Part shown: positions 61,900-63,513 of the stretch, piece after piece
Position numbering within the stretch: position 1 is the stretch's first letter
Layout of the letters: each line of letters begins with the position of its first letter
Origin: Octopus bimaculoides
Taxonomy: Eukaryota
Direction: 5' to 3'
Assembly (NCBI RefSeq): GCF_001194135.2
Contig: NC_068995.1
Coordinates: 55,995,837-56,059,349 of the forward strand
Length of the DNA: 63,513 nucleotides
The notes under the pieces: generated by a model
Seen by the model: the letters and a program-made list of their open reading frames with translations, nothing else
What the model was told of the DNA's origin: nothing
Database searches by the model: none
Position numbers and translations under genes: made by a program

Positions 61900-62060
61900 G
61901 AATCTTTGGGGGATTACATCAAGCCCCAGTGTATAACTGATATTTATTTCATCGATTCCAAAAGGATGAATGGCAAAGTCAAACTCAGCGGGATTTGAAC
62001 TCAGAACGTAAAGACGGACGAAATACCGGGATAAGCATTTCGCCCGGCGTGATAACGATT
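61900..62060 (-). mobile_element. SINE family A
   Basis: atcgattccaaaaggatgaatggcaaagtcaaactcagcgggatttgaactcagaacgtaaagacggacgaaataccg...catttcgcccggcgtgataacgatt. Confidence 0.88.
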
Positions 62061-62298
62061 GCTTTTCCATCAAAATCGTTTACTGANNNNNNNNNNNNNN
62101 NNNNNNNNNNNNNNNNNNNNNNNNNNNNNNNNNNNNNNNNNNNNNNNTGTACAAATTTGAACCATAAATGCTTTGGATTGAGCATTCCACTCTGCACTGG
62201 CGATCAGAAATTATACAAAAAGAAGGGGGAACATGAGTTCAGCCAAACAATAGACTCCCTTGTAAGCATATGCTATACAAAAAGCAAAAATATGTTCT

Positions 62299-62343
<45 letters not shown>

Positions 62344-63165
62344 CTTTTGTTCACTTTTGTAAAATTGCTGGGTTGCCTATAAAGTTTTGAATGTTCTTTC
62401 TTGGTTCTTTTCTCAATACTGAGAGCATTTCTGATGGCAAACTGGCAAAATCGTGAACACGTCGGTTAAAAATGCTTCACGGTATTTCGTCTGTCTTCAC
62501 GTTCTAGGCTCGGGGTCGATAAAATACAATATAACCACCGGTCGACCAAAGCCTTGTGAGTGGATTGATGGGTTACATGAAGTACTGATGAAAGAGCAAT
62601 AACCCTTGAAATTTGCATATACACCCATTGCCTATATTTTCTATCTTCGATCGAATTGTTTAGAAACGTCGTAATACCAAGATGTGGAAAGTAGATTGGC
62701 TCTCTCTCATTTCGGTAACAATGAAGAGAGATTGATTTTTCGTGATGTAATTTTTCATCACTTAGCAATAAAAAAACAACGGGTCTGAAACAGCTGTGAG
62801 ACTAAACCCAAGACCACTCGCTTGGGAAGTAATTTCTTTACCACACAGCCAAAATATATTAATTCCCGGGGGGATTCCATGTGGTTATCCACGGGCAATA
62901 TGATAAGGCAGGAGCATTATAATAATTACCAGTCATACGCAGCGATACTTAAATGAATCAGCTATAACTCCCCCGTTCTCTTCCACTTCACAATGTGTTG
63001 GCTACGTGCCCAGCAGAAAATACAAGAATCAATAATAGTACATCATTTGATGTTTATCTTCATCGCTGTTAAAATAGTCGGTGTTGACTATCAAAACTTA
63101 ATGATGGAGTATATGGATGGGTATGTGTGTGTGTGTGTGTGTGTAGATATGTGTGAGAGAGAGAG

Positions 63166-63201
<36 letters not shown>

Positions 63202-63474
63202 CTCTTTGTGTGTGTCTGAGCTTGGATGCATATATGGACACACACGTGTGTGTGTGTATATATGAACATAAATATGTGCGTATATAAATAAATATATGCG
63301 TATAGGTACATGCCTGAGTTTATATATATATATATATATACATGTGTGTCTCTGTGTATGCGTTTTCCATGTAGATACGTGTGTGTGTGTGTGCATGGAT
63401 CTATTTGTGTCTGTATATGTTTTCTATATGGTTAGAGATGTGTGTGCGTGCATGTGAATCTTTGCCTGTGCATA

Positions 63475-63513
<39 letters not shown>

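Noticed and set aside
62585-62620. CTGATGA...GAAA hammerhead-like string
   Set aside because: Stem II has only 3 bp, and there is no compatible stem III/NUH triplet or stem I partner.

Overview
This window is AT-rich, repeat-dense eukaryotic genomic DNA with many N-gaps, most of them flanked by (TA)n runs. That pattern suggests a short-read animal assembly. The SINE complement and microsatellite style strongly suggest an octopus/coleoid cephalopod (inferred from remembered repeat families, not from a search). I found no intact protein-coding gene, rRNA, genuine tRNA gene or CRISPR array; nearly all track ORFs are translations of microsatellites, low-complexity runs, N-gaps or SINEs. The window reads as intronic or intergenic. 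Its contents are: (1) three abundant SINE-like families. Family A has a tRNA-like head, a Meta-domain-like body and an (ATT)n tail; family B has a tRNA-like head and a CORE-like body; family C has a (TGA)n tail. One V-domain-like SINE is also present. (2) Decayed autonomous TE fragments: a DD37D/E (maT-like) and a DD34E (Tc1-like) transposase pseudogene, two Expander/Rex3-like RTE 3' ends, an RTE endonuclease fragment, a CR1/L2-like 3' end and possible Gypsy gag pieces. (3) Non-autonomous DNA transposons, including a hAT element nested in another hAT element, both with recognisable TSDs. (4) Two copies of a repeat carrying a minimal hammerhead-ribozyme-like motif of the Penelope-like-element type. 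(5) Several fold-backs and minisatellites. I cannot support a new multi-gene biological system here. The best leads are the variant hammerhead motif, the SINE-B/LINE shared 3' tail, the nested hAT pair and the fold-back elements. Coordinates of degenerate repeats are approximate (about 10-20 bp).
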